Position numbers and translations under genes: made by a program. Below, in pieces: positions 11,143 to 23,285 of a stretch of DNA of 64,000 nt. The number at the start of each line of letters is the position of its first letter. The stretch's first letter is position 1. The notes below the pieces were generated by a model. The model saw only the letters and a list, made by a program, of their open reading frames with translations, ran no database searches and had not been told where the DNA came from. This DNA comes from Histomonas meleagridis 2922-C6/04-290x (Eukaryota; Protista; Parabasalia), in contig JAANOX010000070.1 in the NCBI GenBank assembly GCA_020184695.1, positions 124,001 to 188,000 of the forward strand, given 5' to 3'.

Positions 11143-12799
11143 ATGTTTTTTATGCATACATTTCAAACTTTTTATGAAACGACAGGATTACTTGATATAC
11201 GTAGTTCAAATGAATTTAATAATATTCGTGATGGAAATAATGACAAAGAAAAAATCAAATATGTTACAATTCAAAATGGTATTACAGAAATTCCAACAGC
11301 GGCATTCCGAGAATGTATTTCATTAATCAATATTTCTATTCCGAATTCAATTACAACAATTGGAAGTCAAGCATTTTATCAATGTATATCATTAATCAAT
11401 ATTACAATTCCTGATTTAGTTACATCAATTGAAGAAATGACATTTTCAGGATGTTCTAATTTGACAAATATTGTTATTGGAGAAAATGTTGAACAATTGG
11501 AAGTCAAGCATTTCAAGAATGTATTTCATTAATCAATATTACAATTCCTGATTCAGTTACATCAATTTCAACAAATGCATTTTCAGGATGTGTAAATCTT
11601 CAATTTATTAAAGTATTAGTCAATAACACGAAATATTCTAATTATGAAAATGACGGAGTTGTTTATGATAAAACATTACACAAATTATTTTATATCCAAA
11701 TGGTAAAAAGACAATTTCAATACCGAATAGTATAACATCGATTAATAATGATGCATTTCAATCATATACATCATTAATTAATGTTACAATACCAAGTTCA
11801 GTTCAAATTATTGGTTCAAGTGCATTTTATAGATGTTCTAATTTAAAGATAGTTCATATTGAAGAAGGTATTAAAATTATTGGTGTATCATCATTTGAAT
11901 CATGTTATTCATTAGAATATATTGAAATACCTGATTCAGTTACAACAATTGAAAATAATGCATTTTATCAATGTTCTTATTTAAATACAGTTTTCATGGG
12001 TAAAAATGTCACAAATATTGGTCATGATGCATTTTGTGATTGTATTAATTCTCAATGCATTTATTGTTATGGAGGAACACTTCATGAGATTGATGAAAAT
12101 GCATTTACTAATATTAATACCACATATGTAATGACATCACCATATTTTAATAGTGAAAGAAACTCAATATTTGATGAATTAAATATTTTGAAAGGAACAA
12201 CGATTGATGAATGCAATCCATGGCCAACGCACACATTTTCATCATCAAATACATTTACAAACACATTGAAGAAATCTAATACATATTCCAATTCAAACAC
12301 ATACTTAAAATCAAACACATTTATTAGTGACTTAAATATTTCCAACACATTTTCGTTGATATCAACATTATCATTTACACAAACAATTTCAATTTTTATT
12401 TCTTCATTTTCAAATTCATTTTTGATATCATTTACTAACGAAAATAGCGTTTATATTCCAACATTAATAATATATTATGATTATACAATTGTTTTTATCT
12501 CAGCTTTTATACGAATTTCTTTACGATTTTACATCAAACAGAAACAAATCCACCTAAAGACAATACAATTATTATCACAGCTATTTGCGTTGCAATTGTA
12601 GCAGTTATCATTATAATTTTGATTATTTTTTTGTTAGTAAGAATTAAAAACAAAAAGCGTCTTGATGGATCAGAATCAACTAAAAGTTTGGAATGGATTT
12701 GATAACAAAGATACGTTTGTTGCAGTAATGAATTTGTCTAATATTGAGGAAGATCCGTTTGCACCTGATTTTAAGGAAGATTCCAAACCATCCCCGTGA
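11143..12799 (+). pseudogene. BspA-like (TpLRR) surface protein, frameshifted
   Basis: TpLRR repeats (LINISIPNSITTIGSQAFYQC), an S/T-rich stalk, a TM helix in another frame and a tail IEEDPFAPDFKED. There are at least four frame breaks, near 11495, 11690, 12510 and 12695. Confidence 0.8.
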
Positions 12800-13362
12800 A
12801 AAATACGTTATTTACGATAGAATACGATAGACATTTTATGACAAAAATGATCGTTCGAAAAAAATTCAAAGGTCTGTTTTTGAGCTGTTGTAAAATTATG
12901 TATTCTATATAACCGTTTACATTAATTTTACAACCATGTAAAATTATCAAAAAGTTAAATAAGGAACTTAATTTGGGGTGCCTCCGAAATTTCTATTTTG
13001 AAAAGTTAAAATGATTTAACGTTTTTTGCATTTCCTACTAAAATTCCATTAGAAAAGTGAACCTTTATTGGATAATTAGAGTTTAATATTATCTATTTCT
13101 TCTAAAATTTACCAAGGCATTGAAATCAGATTTTTATAGATAAATTTACCAAATGATAAGATCAATGAAATTTTATGGGTAAATTAGCGATTTGAAAAAT
13201 TATTATTTTTTTTCTAATCTCATTAACAATTGAATAATGTAAAAATATTAATAAAAAGAATAAGTTATATAAATATAACCTTTATCCATAGTATTCAGTA
13301 TATAATAGAAGTATGGAATATGTATTTCTAGTATGATTTATTTATTTACTTTATTATATAAC

Positions 13363-16300
13363 TCAACAGAAATAGGAAGGGCGTAACGAAAGCCTAAACG
13401 GCGCCAATATTTCGGCCAAACTTGCCATGAGGTTATTATCGTACATAGACCAAAAATCTGAAAAGAACTCAGTAATAATGCCCTCGACCGATGAATCCAC
13501 TTCTAAAGCGTCAGAGAGTGCGGCGAAAGCATCAATTATATATTGAGGCACGTAATCAAATAATATTGTACCAGTAATAATTGATCTTAAACCTTTTGCA
13601 CCTGCAACTCTTTCAGCCGAAGATTCCTTATTATGTAATTTATTAATAAATATTTCACAATAACTTGGTAATTTTTCAGTAATTAACAAGGAATTTCTTA
13701 CAATAAATATCATTAATTGAGAAGCAGAATCTTGTAAATCGGGATGTGGATCTAACAAAGAAGGAATGATAAAATTTTGTATTAAATCTTCTAAAGTTTC
13801 ATCATTAATGTAAAAGAACATCGATGAGAGGAAAGATTCAATTAATAACAGTTGTAAAGCTTGCGCTTGCCACTGGTGACCGTTTAGTGACAACTTTTTG
13901 ATAATTTTATTTATTACAACTTGGACGTTTTCGATGGTGACTGGAAACTCACATATTGACCCAATCCAATTAGAGGACATCACATTAACTAGTGCAGTTC
14001 GGGCAAGCTTTTCTTCGTTTTCATCTTTGTTTACAAAATAGTCAATATATTCAGGTAAATGTTTTAATACATATTTACCTGAAGCTAATGCAGAAATTGA
14101 CTGTGAACTAAGGACTCCATTTAGCCAACGTATGGCAAATAACAAAGTTGAATTTGAAATGAATTTGTTCAGGATTCTTTTTGATTCTGGATTATTTCCT
14201 CTCAAATCCACATCAAAACTCAATCCTAAAAGCGAAGATAATGCACGTACAGAACATTCTCTAATTGTTTCCAGTTCCAAGTTATCTTTTGAGAATAATG
14301 TCTTAAAAGTAATTTCCTCGATTTCTGGTATTAAATAAGGCATATCATAAGACACGTCCAATATTATGTCGTCTATTAATGAAATAATTTTTGCAGCTTT
14401 CATACTATCATCATTTGGTATACAATTTAACAAATGATCGAACAACCAAAATACTCTTCTTGAATCGAAATCCCCATAACCAGTATAAAACGCCAGGTAC
14501 CAAATTGAGTGGAATTCGCTATCTATAGTTTTCAACAGATTTGTCACAAATGGCAAAATTATCAACGAAACTTTTTTTACGTCTTTGTACATTCTGCTTT
14601 TTAATGAGTGTATACATCCAGAGAATATTTCTGCTGATATCACTTGTATAGGCAATGTTACTGAAGGGTTTTCTATTAACTTTGTGATAATTTTTATTAA
14701 AATTTTAATGAAATGTACACCAAAAAATCGGCAAAGTGTTGACCAAAACAAAATCCGATTTTTTGAGAATGTTTCTTCTTTATGTATTTGTGAGTTTATT
14801 AATCCGTTTATGAAAATATTTAACGTTGTATCAGTTTCATCTAATTTCTCGAATAATATTTGATGAATTTTAACTCTTTCTTCGAAGTTATCTGGGAAAT
14901 ATATCGATATAATATCTTTGTTAAGGAAATCTTCTTTTGTTAAGAAGTGCGCTTGTTTATTTGCTTGTTTGATGAATGCTCTATCCAAGAATTCGACGTT
15001 ATCATAATTTTCGGGTACAACTTTCTTAACATTAACACCTTTAAAACGTGCAACTCTTGGAATTAAGTTCTCGAGCATCGATGGTATTAATTGTACCAAA
15101 CATTCTCTAACTATCATATCATCTGTTTCTAAGATTGATAAAATGAATGAATAAATTACTGAGTTAATTAATGGCGGATTAATATTAATAACTGAACATA
15201 CTATAGCAGCAGCATAATTTTGTACTTCTCGACTCGCGGGATATTGCGCATGTCTTTCGATAGCTGAAAAAACCATTTTCATTCGAATCGGTAATAATTC
15301 ATCTGGTGGAAGAAATGGTTTAATTGCATCTATTTGATCTAATAATATAATAATAACTTGTCGTAATGTACGTGGTGAATCATCTGGTAAATCTTGTGGT
15401 AAAGGATAACAGATAGCTAATGATATATCTGCAATTAAATTCATCACTTCAATGTTAATATTAAAATTAGTTAATGAACATGCAGCACTACATATCCCGG
15501 TTAAATGTTCTTTTGATATATTTTCATCATGTAATTCTTTCGTTGAATCGATAAGTAAATATAAGAAAATGTTCTTAAATTGTGTTGTTATTGCTTGATA
15601 AATTAATGATGAAAATTCTCGAACTCTTACATCATAATGAATGATAAATTTATATACAGATTCAACTATATATTTCGTTGTTTCAGTACAAAAAACTTGT
15701 GCTACTGAATGTCGTAACCCATATAAATAAAGTGCTTTATAATATGTAATAAAATAAGTCTTGTTTTGTAACGATGGTAATAATATATTTAATTTAGTTG
15801 ATTCAGAATACATTCGATATGTAGAAATGATGATTTCTATTCGTTGACATAATGGATCTTTTGGTATTATAATACATGCAATGTTTTCTAATACCCATTT
15901 AATTAATCGTGGATGTGCATTCGGTTTAAATGATGCTTCAAATAATATATTTATTATGTTCTTATAATGTCGAGCAAATATTGGACTTGTGATCTTTTTA
16001 TATTTAGGACGAATTAAATTCTTTTCTATTTGTGGATTTAAATCATGTTCATTTACACATGAAATAATACCTTTTAATAATGATCGATATAAATATGAAG
16101 CAAGTTTTTGATCTTCTCTTTTCTCTGAAAAGATTTTTTCTTTCGCTAATTCATTAAAATATGTAACAAGCATATCAGCAACTTCGAAATCTTTATCATT
16201 TGGAACATGCCAATGAAATTTCATTTTTGTTAATGATTCATATCCTTGAAATGGAGGTAATTTAGGATATACTGTTAATGTATTCTTTAATATCCATTTT

Positions 16301-18180
16301 AATATTAATGCACTTCTTCGTGAAATTTCTTTTTTCTCATTTATTAAACCGGAATATATTATTTCTTTAATCTTTTCAATGTTATCTATAGTAAATGTTT
16401 GATTTTGTCGAATTAATGATTCTAATATCATATAATCTTTAAGTTCTTTAGCATTTAATGCAATTTCTCCAAATGTTGAAATAGCATTATTTTCGAGGGA
16501 TTCAATTATAATTCTTAATCCGAAATCTGGTATATTTTTATAAGATTTTTTCACAATTTGTATAATTTTTGGTATAAATTTCGATGGCGAAGCTCTAATT
16601 AAGTTCGAAAGCATTGTTTGTATTTGTTTTAATGTTTCTTTATATTCAATACCTATAGCATGTTCAGTAAATAATATACATTTCTCAGTTATATTTAATA
16701 TAAATTCTTCATGTTCATCATTAAATTGCATAAGTGTCGATATTATTAACATTAATGATAACGCTGAACCTGTTTTAGAGATATCCATGAAGTTAATATC
16801 ATCAGGTAAATAATGTTGTACTAATGATATCATTTCAAATAATCCTTCGCCTGTATATATTATTATTGGCGCAATTGATATTAACGTTTGATATGCACCT
16901 TGTTTTAAATGTACATATTCAAATGAATGTCGAATTGCTTCTAATAATGGATTTATAATCGATGGCGATAATTGCGTTATATCTTTTAAATAACCAAATT
17001 GTGGATCTTCTTGATAAGTTTCCATTAATACTAATGGAAACACGACAGATACCATCCATTCATTATCTTCTTGTGTTAATGGCTCAAGATAAGTTTTATG
17101 TTTCTTTTCTTTCTCTAATCGTTCGATGTATGAATTCACAAATATGTTTAACATGTTAATCGGCATTTCACATTGTTCTTCATCTTCATTATGTAATGTT
17201 GGCGTAGAAAAAGGTGTAATCAAATGAAATAATTTCTCTACATGATTCCGTGCAATAGATTTGGTTGGCCCTGTTAATAAGTTAACTATAATAATCGAAA
17301 AAAGTTTAAGATTAGATAATGGTGATATACAATCAGTAAAAAAAACAGGATAAAGTTCAGGATGATAACTCGAAATTGTTGGAGTTTGGACACTAAGTAA
17401 TGATGATGGAATCCCAATGTAAACAATGATAATGTTAAATAGAAATGGTATGATTTGATCCCACTCAATACCATCAAAACCATAGCGGGATAACATTGCA
17501 AATAGTGAAAAAAATTGAAAGTCATATTGTTCCGATCGAAATAAGGTCCATATATTAAAAAATTTGCTGACCCATTTTCCATGTTGTCCTTGATGAACAG
17601 GAAGAAATAAAGAAAGTAAACATTGGGCAAGTACAAATGAGGGCTTGTTAATGTTAAGCATTGGAAGCCATTCATTTAACATTTCATCTGTGGCATTTTC
17701 ATCAAAGTAATTCCGACATACTCGTATCAAAGAAATCATAATATTGGACATTTTCCCAGGATATTTCTTTGTGCGTGTCTTCGAATGTGATAAGTTGGAG
17801 TCATAAAATAATTTGTAAAGAGGCTTCCAATCAATTTTTAATTTGATTTGGATTTTTTCGGGTTCCGCCATTGAAAGAAAAAGAGAAGATGCTGAAATAA
17901 CTAGATTCATATTGTCGGATGTGATAATAAAATCATAAAGTAACTGACATAAATCTTGAATTTCTATTAATTCAAAACAAAATGTTTCACATGTATTAAA
18001 TGCATCTAAGGCAGTAAACCAAAAATCAATTTCATTAGGATCCCCACTTTTGACGGCTTTTGGTAAATTTTCAAATATTGCTGATTTCCATTCTTTTTCT
18101 TCATTTTTGATGGAATCGCTAACAAACTGAGGAAGTAACCCACAATGAGCATCTGAACGAGCTCTATTGCATAAGGTCAT
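13363..18180 (-). CDS. PSME4: Proteasome activator PA200/Blm10
   Basis: 1605-aa HEAT-like ORF with N-terminal LLPQF...KIDWKPLYKLF, a C-terminal DUF3437-like ERVAGAKGL...FFSDFW segment, and a C-terminus ending PSYFC. Confidence 0.85.
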   Translation of the reverse strand: MTLCNRARSDAHCGLLPQFVSDSIKNEEKEWKSAIFENLPKAVKSGDPNEIDFWFTALDAFNTCETFCFELIEIQDLCQLLYDFIITSDNMNLVISASSLFLSMAEPEKIQIKLKIDWKPLYKLFYDSNLSHSKTRTKKYPGKMSNIMISLIRVCRNYFDENATDEMLNEWLPMLNINKPSFVLAQCLLSLFLPVHQGQHGKWVSKFFNIWTLFRSEQYDFQFFSLFAMLSRYGFDGIEWDQIIPFLFNIIIVYIGIPSSLLSVQTPTISSYHPELYPVFFTDCISPLSNLKLFSIIIVNLLTGPTKSIARNHVEKLFHLITPFSTPTLHNEDEEQCEMPINMLNIFVNSYIERLEKEKKHKTYLEPLTQEDNEWMVSVVFPLVLMETYQEDPQFGYLKDITQLSPSIINPLLEAIRHSFEYVHLKQGAYQTLISIAPIIIYTGEGLFEMISLVQHYLPDDINFMDISKTGSALSLMLIISTLMQFNDEHEEFILNITEKCILFTEHAIGIEYKETLKQIQTMLSNLIRASPSKFIPKIIQIVKKSYKNIPDFGLRIIIESLENNAISTFGEIALNAKELKDYMILESLIRQNQTFTIDNIEKIKEIIYSGLINEKKEISRRSALILKWILKNTLTVYPKLPPFQGYESLTKMKFHWHVPNDKDFEVADMLVTYFNELAKEKIFSEKREDQKLASYLYRSLLKGIISCVNEHDLNPQIEKNLIRPKYKKITSPIFARHYKNIINILFEASFKPNAHPRLIKWVLENIACIIIPKDPLCQRIEIIISTYRMYSESTKLNILLPSLQNKTYFITYYKALYLYGLRHSVAQVFCTETTKYIVESVYKFIIHYDVRVREFSSLIYQAITTQFKNIFLYLLIDSTKELHDENISKEHLTGICSAACSLTNFNINIEVMNLIADISLAICYPLPQDLPDDSPRTLRQVIIILLDQIDAIKPFLPPDELLPIRMKMVFSAIERHAQYPASREVQNYAAAIVCSVININPPLINSVIYSFILSILETDDMIVRECLVQLIPSMLENLIPRVARFKGVNVKKVVPENYDNVEFLDRAFIKQANKQAHFLTKEDFLNKDIISIYFPDNFEERVKIHQILFEKLDETDTTLNIFINGLINSQIHKEETFSKNRILFWSTLCRFFGVHFIKILIKIITKLIENPSVTLPIQVISAEIFSGCIHSLKSRMYKDVKKVSLIILPFVTNLLKTIDSEFHSIWYLAFYTGYGDFDSRRVFWLFDHLLNCIPNDDSMKAAKIISLIDDIILDVSYDMPYLIPEIEEITFKTLFSKDNLELETIRECSVRALSSLLGLSFDVDLRGNNPESKRILNKFISNSTLLFAIRWLNGVLSSQSISALASGKYVLKHLPEYIDYFVNKDENEEKLARTALVNVMSSNWIGSICEFPVTIENVQVVINKIIKKLSLNGHQWQAQALQLLLIESFLSSMFFYINDETLEDLIQNFIIPSLLDPHPDLQDSASQLMIFIVRNSLLITEKLPSYCEIFINKLHNKESSAERVAGAKGLRSIITGTILFDYVPQYIIDAFAALSDALEVDSSVEGIITEFFSDFWSMYDNNLMASLAEILAPFRLSLRPSYFC

Positions 18181-18272
18181 GTCTTAAAAAAATTTAATTG
18201 ATTGCCTCTTAATTCTGGGGATTTTGATCGCCTGACCTCTACCAATGTAATGAACAGGAGCGCCTTATCGGT

Positions 18273-18280
18273 GTCACTTT
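18273..18280 (-). promoter_or_regulatory. AAAGTGAC upstream motif
   Basis: Lies about 93 nt upstream of the PA200 ATG on the same strand. The same octamer occurs at 21655-21662, 51135-51142 and 61566-61573, all intergenic. It resembles a trichomonad upstream motif as I recall it. Confidence 0.35.
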
Positions 18281-18700
18281 TTGATACATCTCATATAATT
18301 TTTTCTTTATAATTCAATTATCAACAACAAATTTTATTTCCTGCAAAAAGATATTACACTCATTGATTATGCAGTATTTTTTTTTTCAGCAATTAAATGC
18401 GAAAGATATTAATTTCTGAACAGTGCAAAAGTTAACTCATTACAGATAAATATGCAATTGCAGGTGAAAATCATACAAAATTTATAAACAAACATCAAAT
18501 AAATTACATCGAAATAATTTCTTTTATGGTCAAATTTCTTTTACTTAATAAATTCACAATTCAGTAAAACCTTTCACATGATTTCTGAACCAAGTTTTCC
18601 TTCTCAAGAGAACGTACCACAAAGTGCCACATCGAGAACGTTAACTCACGTAAAATCACTTTCAGCATAAACAAAAGAACAACAAATGTTAAATGGATGT

Positions 18701-21595
18701 TTAGATGGCATTGTAGTTATCCAATCCTTTTCCACATGTTACAACGAACTTAATAGTTGCAGCAACACATTCGCAGACTTCAGACCAGAAGCTTTGGAAT
18801 GGTACTTCAACCACACCTTTAACGAAGAACATTATCATTGTACCAATGCCGAAGTACAATACGACCAACAAAATCACAATCAACAAGAAGACAGCTCCTC
18901 CTGTTACTCCTAAGCTGTTGACTGGGCATACGTCAGGTGTGTGAGCGTACAATACGATAGCGTTCTGACGTGTTTGTACGCCAACCTCATCGAAGTGTAT
19001 TGTGTGCTCAGGGACAGACTGGTTACACTGGAAGATTAAATGTGCTTCATATCGCGCGTAACCACCGTCATAGTTAATTGCGACACCTTCAAGTGGCTCT
19101 GACTCATTCACTAATGACATATGAAGACCATATCTTGCGTCACCGATTGGCCAGCAATAGTTTTGGTTAATGCACTTCCAAATGTTACCTTGTTTGACAT
19201 CGGATGGGCATGTGTATCCTTGTGGACATGACGTAAGTTGACTTGGTGTATAATCGATTTCAGCTCTATGATGGTTCTTACCAAAGCCTAAGACAACTGG
19301 CTCTAAGTCACTTTGTAACTTAGACAAATCTAATTTGATATGTTGCCCTTGTGCATATGATTCGAAGACATAGTTAATTGTATGTGGCTCTGGTTCTGGT
19401 GTTGGTGTAACACCGGATGGTGCAACTGGCGTTTCGAATTTAGATGGACAGACATAACGTGATGTAGTTTCGAATGCATATTCATCGCCATCAGTTGTAT
19501 GTGAATAGACAACAATTAAGTTATCGATTGGTAATGTATCAACGTTCTTTGATGCTGGATCACATTCAGCTCGAATTTCCATCTTGACGCCATAATGTCC
19601 TTCATAATGAATGATTAATCCAGAATCTAAATCGCCATAATCCTTTAACATTGATGTTAAACCTGGTAAGCGCTTATCTGCAACGGGATGGCAATATGGT
19701 AAGTAGTCATCATCATACCAACATTCCCATAAGTTAGCTTCGGTGAATTCGCCACATTCATAACCGGCTGGACATGGAATTAATGACCATGATGAAAACT
19801 CAGTATAAATTGAGCTTCGTTTACCTTGTGTGAATAAGACCATATCTTCTTTAAGCGTGGCTTCTTCAATTTCTTCTAAGTCGACAAAGACATAATGTGT
19901 ATCATTATGGAAGATGTGGAATGGATTTGGTGAGATAACTGGGGTTGGGGTTGGTGTGGGGCCTTTGACTGGTTTACGTGGATATATACGTGGTGGTGGT
20001 GTTGGTGTAGGACCTGTACCAACTGCACATGCACTTTTAGTTTGAACTGTGAATCGAAGTGTACGATCTCTAACAACCATTGTGTCGGGTAATAAAATTT
20101 CACTATCACCAAGGTTTTCATTACAAACATATTCAACTTGTGCTCTACGCTTGATGTCTCCAACATAGGTGACCGTTATGCCATTCATGACATAACCGCC
20201 GTTAACGGTTGCTGTCAAATTGTTCTTCATCAAACCATATGCATGACATTCTGCAGGAAGTCCAGATGCTGTATCAGGTTTGGTGCATGCGTAAACAGTT
20301 GCATCTTCATCATCACAATCTGAGTTTGGTGGACATATCATAGCACCACATGGTTGATAATAGAGATCATATGTAGTTTGTGGTAAAACGCCAGTAAGTT
20401 TAACTTCTTTCTTAATGCCTCCTTGAGCATTATATTTCTCAAGGTCCATGTTAATGCCATAATTAGAACCTGTTTGAACATATTCAAATTGACATAATCC
20501 TTCATGTGGAACTGGAACTGGATTTGGTGTTGGACAAGCGTAAATAGATTCACCTGCAACTTGTAATACATGGCCGTCATTTGATGTATGGTCAATTCCT
20601 AAGAATACAATATGACCAGCTGGAAGATTTCGATTACATGTTAAGTTAAGTTGTGTATAGCGATCATGAGTTGTTGGATGATGATAACGAACATAAAATC
20701 CTTGGAAGATATCTGAGTCATCGATAAGATCATCATCAAGTTCAGTAGTTGCACTATTATCAAGAAGACCATATGACTCACATGTGGTAATAGGTTCGTT
20801 ACAGAGCCATGCAGAAGATTTAGTTTCACGTCCGCATGTTGCACCATATGGGCATTGAAGGATTTGGTCAGCTGGTGCAAGGAAAAGATATCCTGCATCA
20901 CCATTAGGGAACTTAGCAGGTGTCATTAAACCAAGTGGGCCTCCATTGACTTCCTTCATATCGAAAAGTATTGCTAAATGTGTATCATCTGGATGACGGA
21001 ATGTAACATAAGTATCGGTCTCGAAAGTTGGTGTTGGTGATGGAGTGTTAATTGTGACAACCTTGGGGCAGCCTCTTTTGTCATCAAAACGGATATGAAT
21101 TCTTTGGAATTGATCTGAGATTCTATCGACAATGTACACAGGCTCTGCTTCTTCAACAGATTGGTCGCAACGAAATTCAAAGTATGTTTCCCAGTCGTCA
21201 TATGTTTCAGGATTAATTTGGAATGGTTCACCATCAGCAAAATTAACAACACCAGTGTCAAGGTTGTGCTCAAGGATTGGCTTCCAATCGAAGTCATAGA
21301 AGCTAGATAATGGGATACATTTACGAGTTGTGTCGTCACATTTGAAGCTATTAGAACCGCGTTTAACTCCAGTGCCATCGTAATAATTTGGAAGTTCGCC
21401 AGTTGGCACGGCTTCAGCGAAATGAATGTAGAAAGTTTCATTAGTAAGTTGATATGTGTATTTGTAAAGTTTTCCAGTAAATGAGCTTAAATCCCAACTT
21501 CTGTCTTTGATGGTAACCTTTGTAAGACCTCTGTCTATGGGAAGTGATGTCTTTAATTTGGCTGAGAGTGCAAGACCTAAAAACAAGCCAAACAT
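18701..21595 (-). CDS. Cys-rich type I membrane protein with repeated mannose-6-phosphate receptor homology (MRH/ATG27-like) domains
   Basis: Signal peptide, repeated Cys-patterned modules separated by P/T linkers, a TM helix GAVFLLIVILLVVLYFGIG, and an M6PR/ATG27-like tail (VPFQSFW). Confidence 0.65.
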   Translation of the reverse strand: MFGLFLGLALSAKLKTSLPIDRGLTKVTIKDRSWDLSSFTGKLYKYTYQLTNETFYIHFAEAVPTGELPNYYDGTGVKRGSNSFKCDDTTRKCIPLSSFYDFDWKPILEHNLDTGVVNFADGEPFQINPETYDDWETYFEFRCDQSVEEAEPVYIVDRISDQFQRIHIRFDDKRGCPKVVTINTPSPTPTFETDTYVTFRHPDDTHLAILFDMKEVNGGPLGLMTPAKFPNGDAGYLFLAPADQILQCPYGATCGRETKSSAWLCNEPITTCESYGLLDNSATTELDDDLIDDSDIFQGFYVRYHHPTTHDRYTQLNLTCNRNLPAGHIVFLGIDHTSNDGHVLQVAGESIYACPTPNPVPVPHEGLCQFEYVQTGSNYGINMDLEKYNAQGGIKKEVKLTGVLPQTTYDLYYQPCGAMICPPNSDCDDEDATVYACTKPDTASGLPAECHAYGLMKNNLTATVNGGYVMNGITVTYVGDIKRRAQVEYVCNENLGDSEILLPDTMVVRDRTLRFTVQTKSACAVGTGPTPTPPPRIYPRKPVKGPTPTPTPVISPNPFHIFHNDTHYVFVDLEEIEEATLKEDMVLFTQGKRSSIYTEFSSWSLIPCPAGYECGEFTEANLWECWYDDDYLPYCHPVADKRLPGLTSMLKDYGDLDSGLIIHYEGHYGVKMEIRAECDPASKNVDTLPIDNLIVVYSHTTDGDEYAFETTSRYVCPSKFETPVAPSGVTPTPEPEPHTINYVFESYAQGQHIKLDLSKLQSDLEPVVLGFGKNHHRAEIDYTPSQLTSCPQGYTCPSDVKQGNIWKCINQNYCWPIGDARYGLHMSLVNESEPLEGVAINYDGGYARYEAHLIFQCNQSVPEHTIHFDEVGVQTRQNAIVLYAHTPDVCPVNSLGVTGGAVFLLIVILLVVLYFGIGTMIMFFVKGVVEVPFQSFWSEVCECVAATIKFVVTCGKGLDNYNAI

Positions 21596-22484
21596 TAAAA
21601 GATGAACTGTTTAAGTCAATTTTGAACGCAACTTGTTGAATGCATCGTTTTCGAAAAGTGACATACTCAATAGTCAGCCCTCAGCGTTCGCATCATTGCA
21701 GTGCATTATTTGATTGATGGATATATTTACATTTAATGCCACATGGACGTAAGTAAATAGATTTGGTTATTGTGTTAAGCGTTGTATAGTATAAGGAGAT
21801 AATTGGGAATTTCGAGGTGGTTCCTTCGGCTCTCAAATTTCAATGAATTTTTTTAACCGCGTTACAATTTTGTAACAATAATCGCGGTTAAGGGAGGCTT
21901 CATATCACTTTTTCAGTTAATTTTGAATTCAAATTTTCAATCCATTTCACGGGGTTAAAACGTGCTGAAAAAGCAATCGTCGGACATCCCGAAAGGATCA
22001 AAAAATTATTCTTCTATTTGTAATGTGATTTGATAAAACAACTCCTCATATGGCTACGTGTGTGCCGTTATTTTTTCAAAGCACTTGATAATAAACTGAG
22101 ATTAAACAAATATAATAGAAAACATGGTATATTACTACGTTTTTATGAAACTCCTCAATACATATTATTCAGAATTTTAGTTTTATTATTAGAGGAAGGA
22201 ATTCAGTAATTGTGTTTGGCAAATTATGTTCCCACGATCATAATGTTTTTAACATGGTTATATTGGTGCTTGAAAATTAACCACCCACAGTTTAAAACAT
22301 TGGTAAAGATCTCATTCAGTAATTATTTTTTAATGTGTACACATTAAATATGCGTAACGAGTACTTTGTTAAATGAGTTCGAACGCAACGAATGCCATAT
22401 ATATTAAAATATATATACAAAAGAATTGGAATGCTTATTTGGATGTGGTGTAGTAAACAAGTCGTTTAATCAACAGCAGGTTTT

Positions 22485-22892
22485 GTGTGGTATTTGATCG
22501 TTCCGATAGGAATCGAAAAGGTGGTTATAACCGTTTCAGTAGGTGGAGAAGAAATAGTCGATTGGAGGACACTAAAGGAAAATACACAATGCTCCGATGG
22601 GTATGGTGAGAACTCAATAAAAATTAAATGGTTTTGGGAAATTTTCGACGAAATGAATGATGAGCAAAAAAAAAAATGTTCTTTCGATTCTCGACCGGAA
22701 GTGATCGAATACTGTAACTGGTTTAAGTGCTTTCAAATTGGTCATCCAAAAGACAAATGCTTCAACAAAATTACCGATTTATGTGAAGCATGCTTTAATA
22801 TATTCGCATTGCCTACGTATGAATCAAAGGAAATAATGAAGGAGAAAATAATGATATCAATACAAAATACTGAAGGTTTTGGATTGATTTGA
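22485..22892 (+). pseudogene. HECT E3 ligase C-lobe fragment
   Basis: Contains IKWFWEIF and ACFNIFALPTYESKEIMKEK...EGFGLI. There is no N-lobe and no upstream coding continuity. Confidence 0.65.
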
Positions 22893-23285
22893 TTTCTTTT
22901 TATAAAAAATTTTATTCGATTTTACAAATTGTTCTTAATGAGTATTATGAAATTATGAGCATTTGTACCATCAATGTACTAATAATCAGCGTGAGTCTAA
23001 ATGTACATTTTTCATATCCGGCGTAAGGAAATTGTTTACATTTCATTCTCTTATAATCATAAACTGATGTTCAAAAAATAGGACTACTTTTGATCGTTTT
23101 TAACAGAATGGTATACCATTCAAAAAGTTGGATTTGGTGGGCATTAGTATGTATTACATTCATTATATTTGAAAATTATTCAAAACCCAGAAACTTGACA
23201 AACTTTTTCAAATTGAACATGATGTGGCTATAGGTCAAAATATGCCGTTTTTGTTGTTGCAACGACCAAGGAATTCCTTAGAATA

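Noticed and set aside
11490-11520. BspA and other frameshifts being hidden 17-nt inserts (17 mod 3 mimics a 1-nt deletion)
   Set aside because: Adding one base restores the canonical LRR spacing (GENVETIGSQAF), whereas removing 17 nt would destroy it. No insert-like motif is present.
18686-21441. Short antisense or alternate-frame ORFs within long genes (also within 86-2329, 27839-30034, 32130-33182 and 34286-35866)
   Set aside because: These are shadow ORFs caused by codon bias and have no recognisable motifs.
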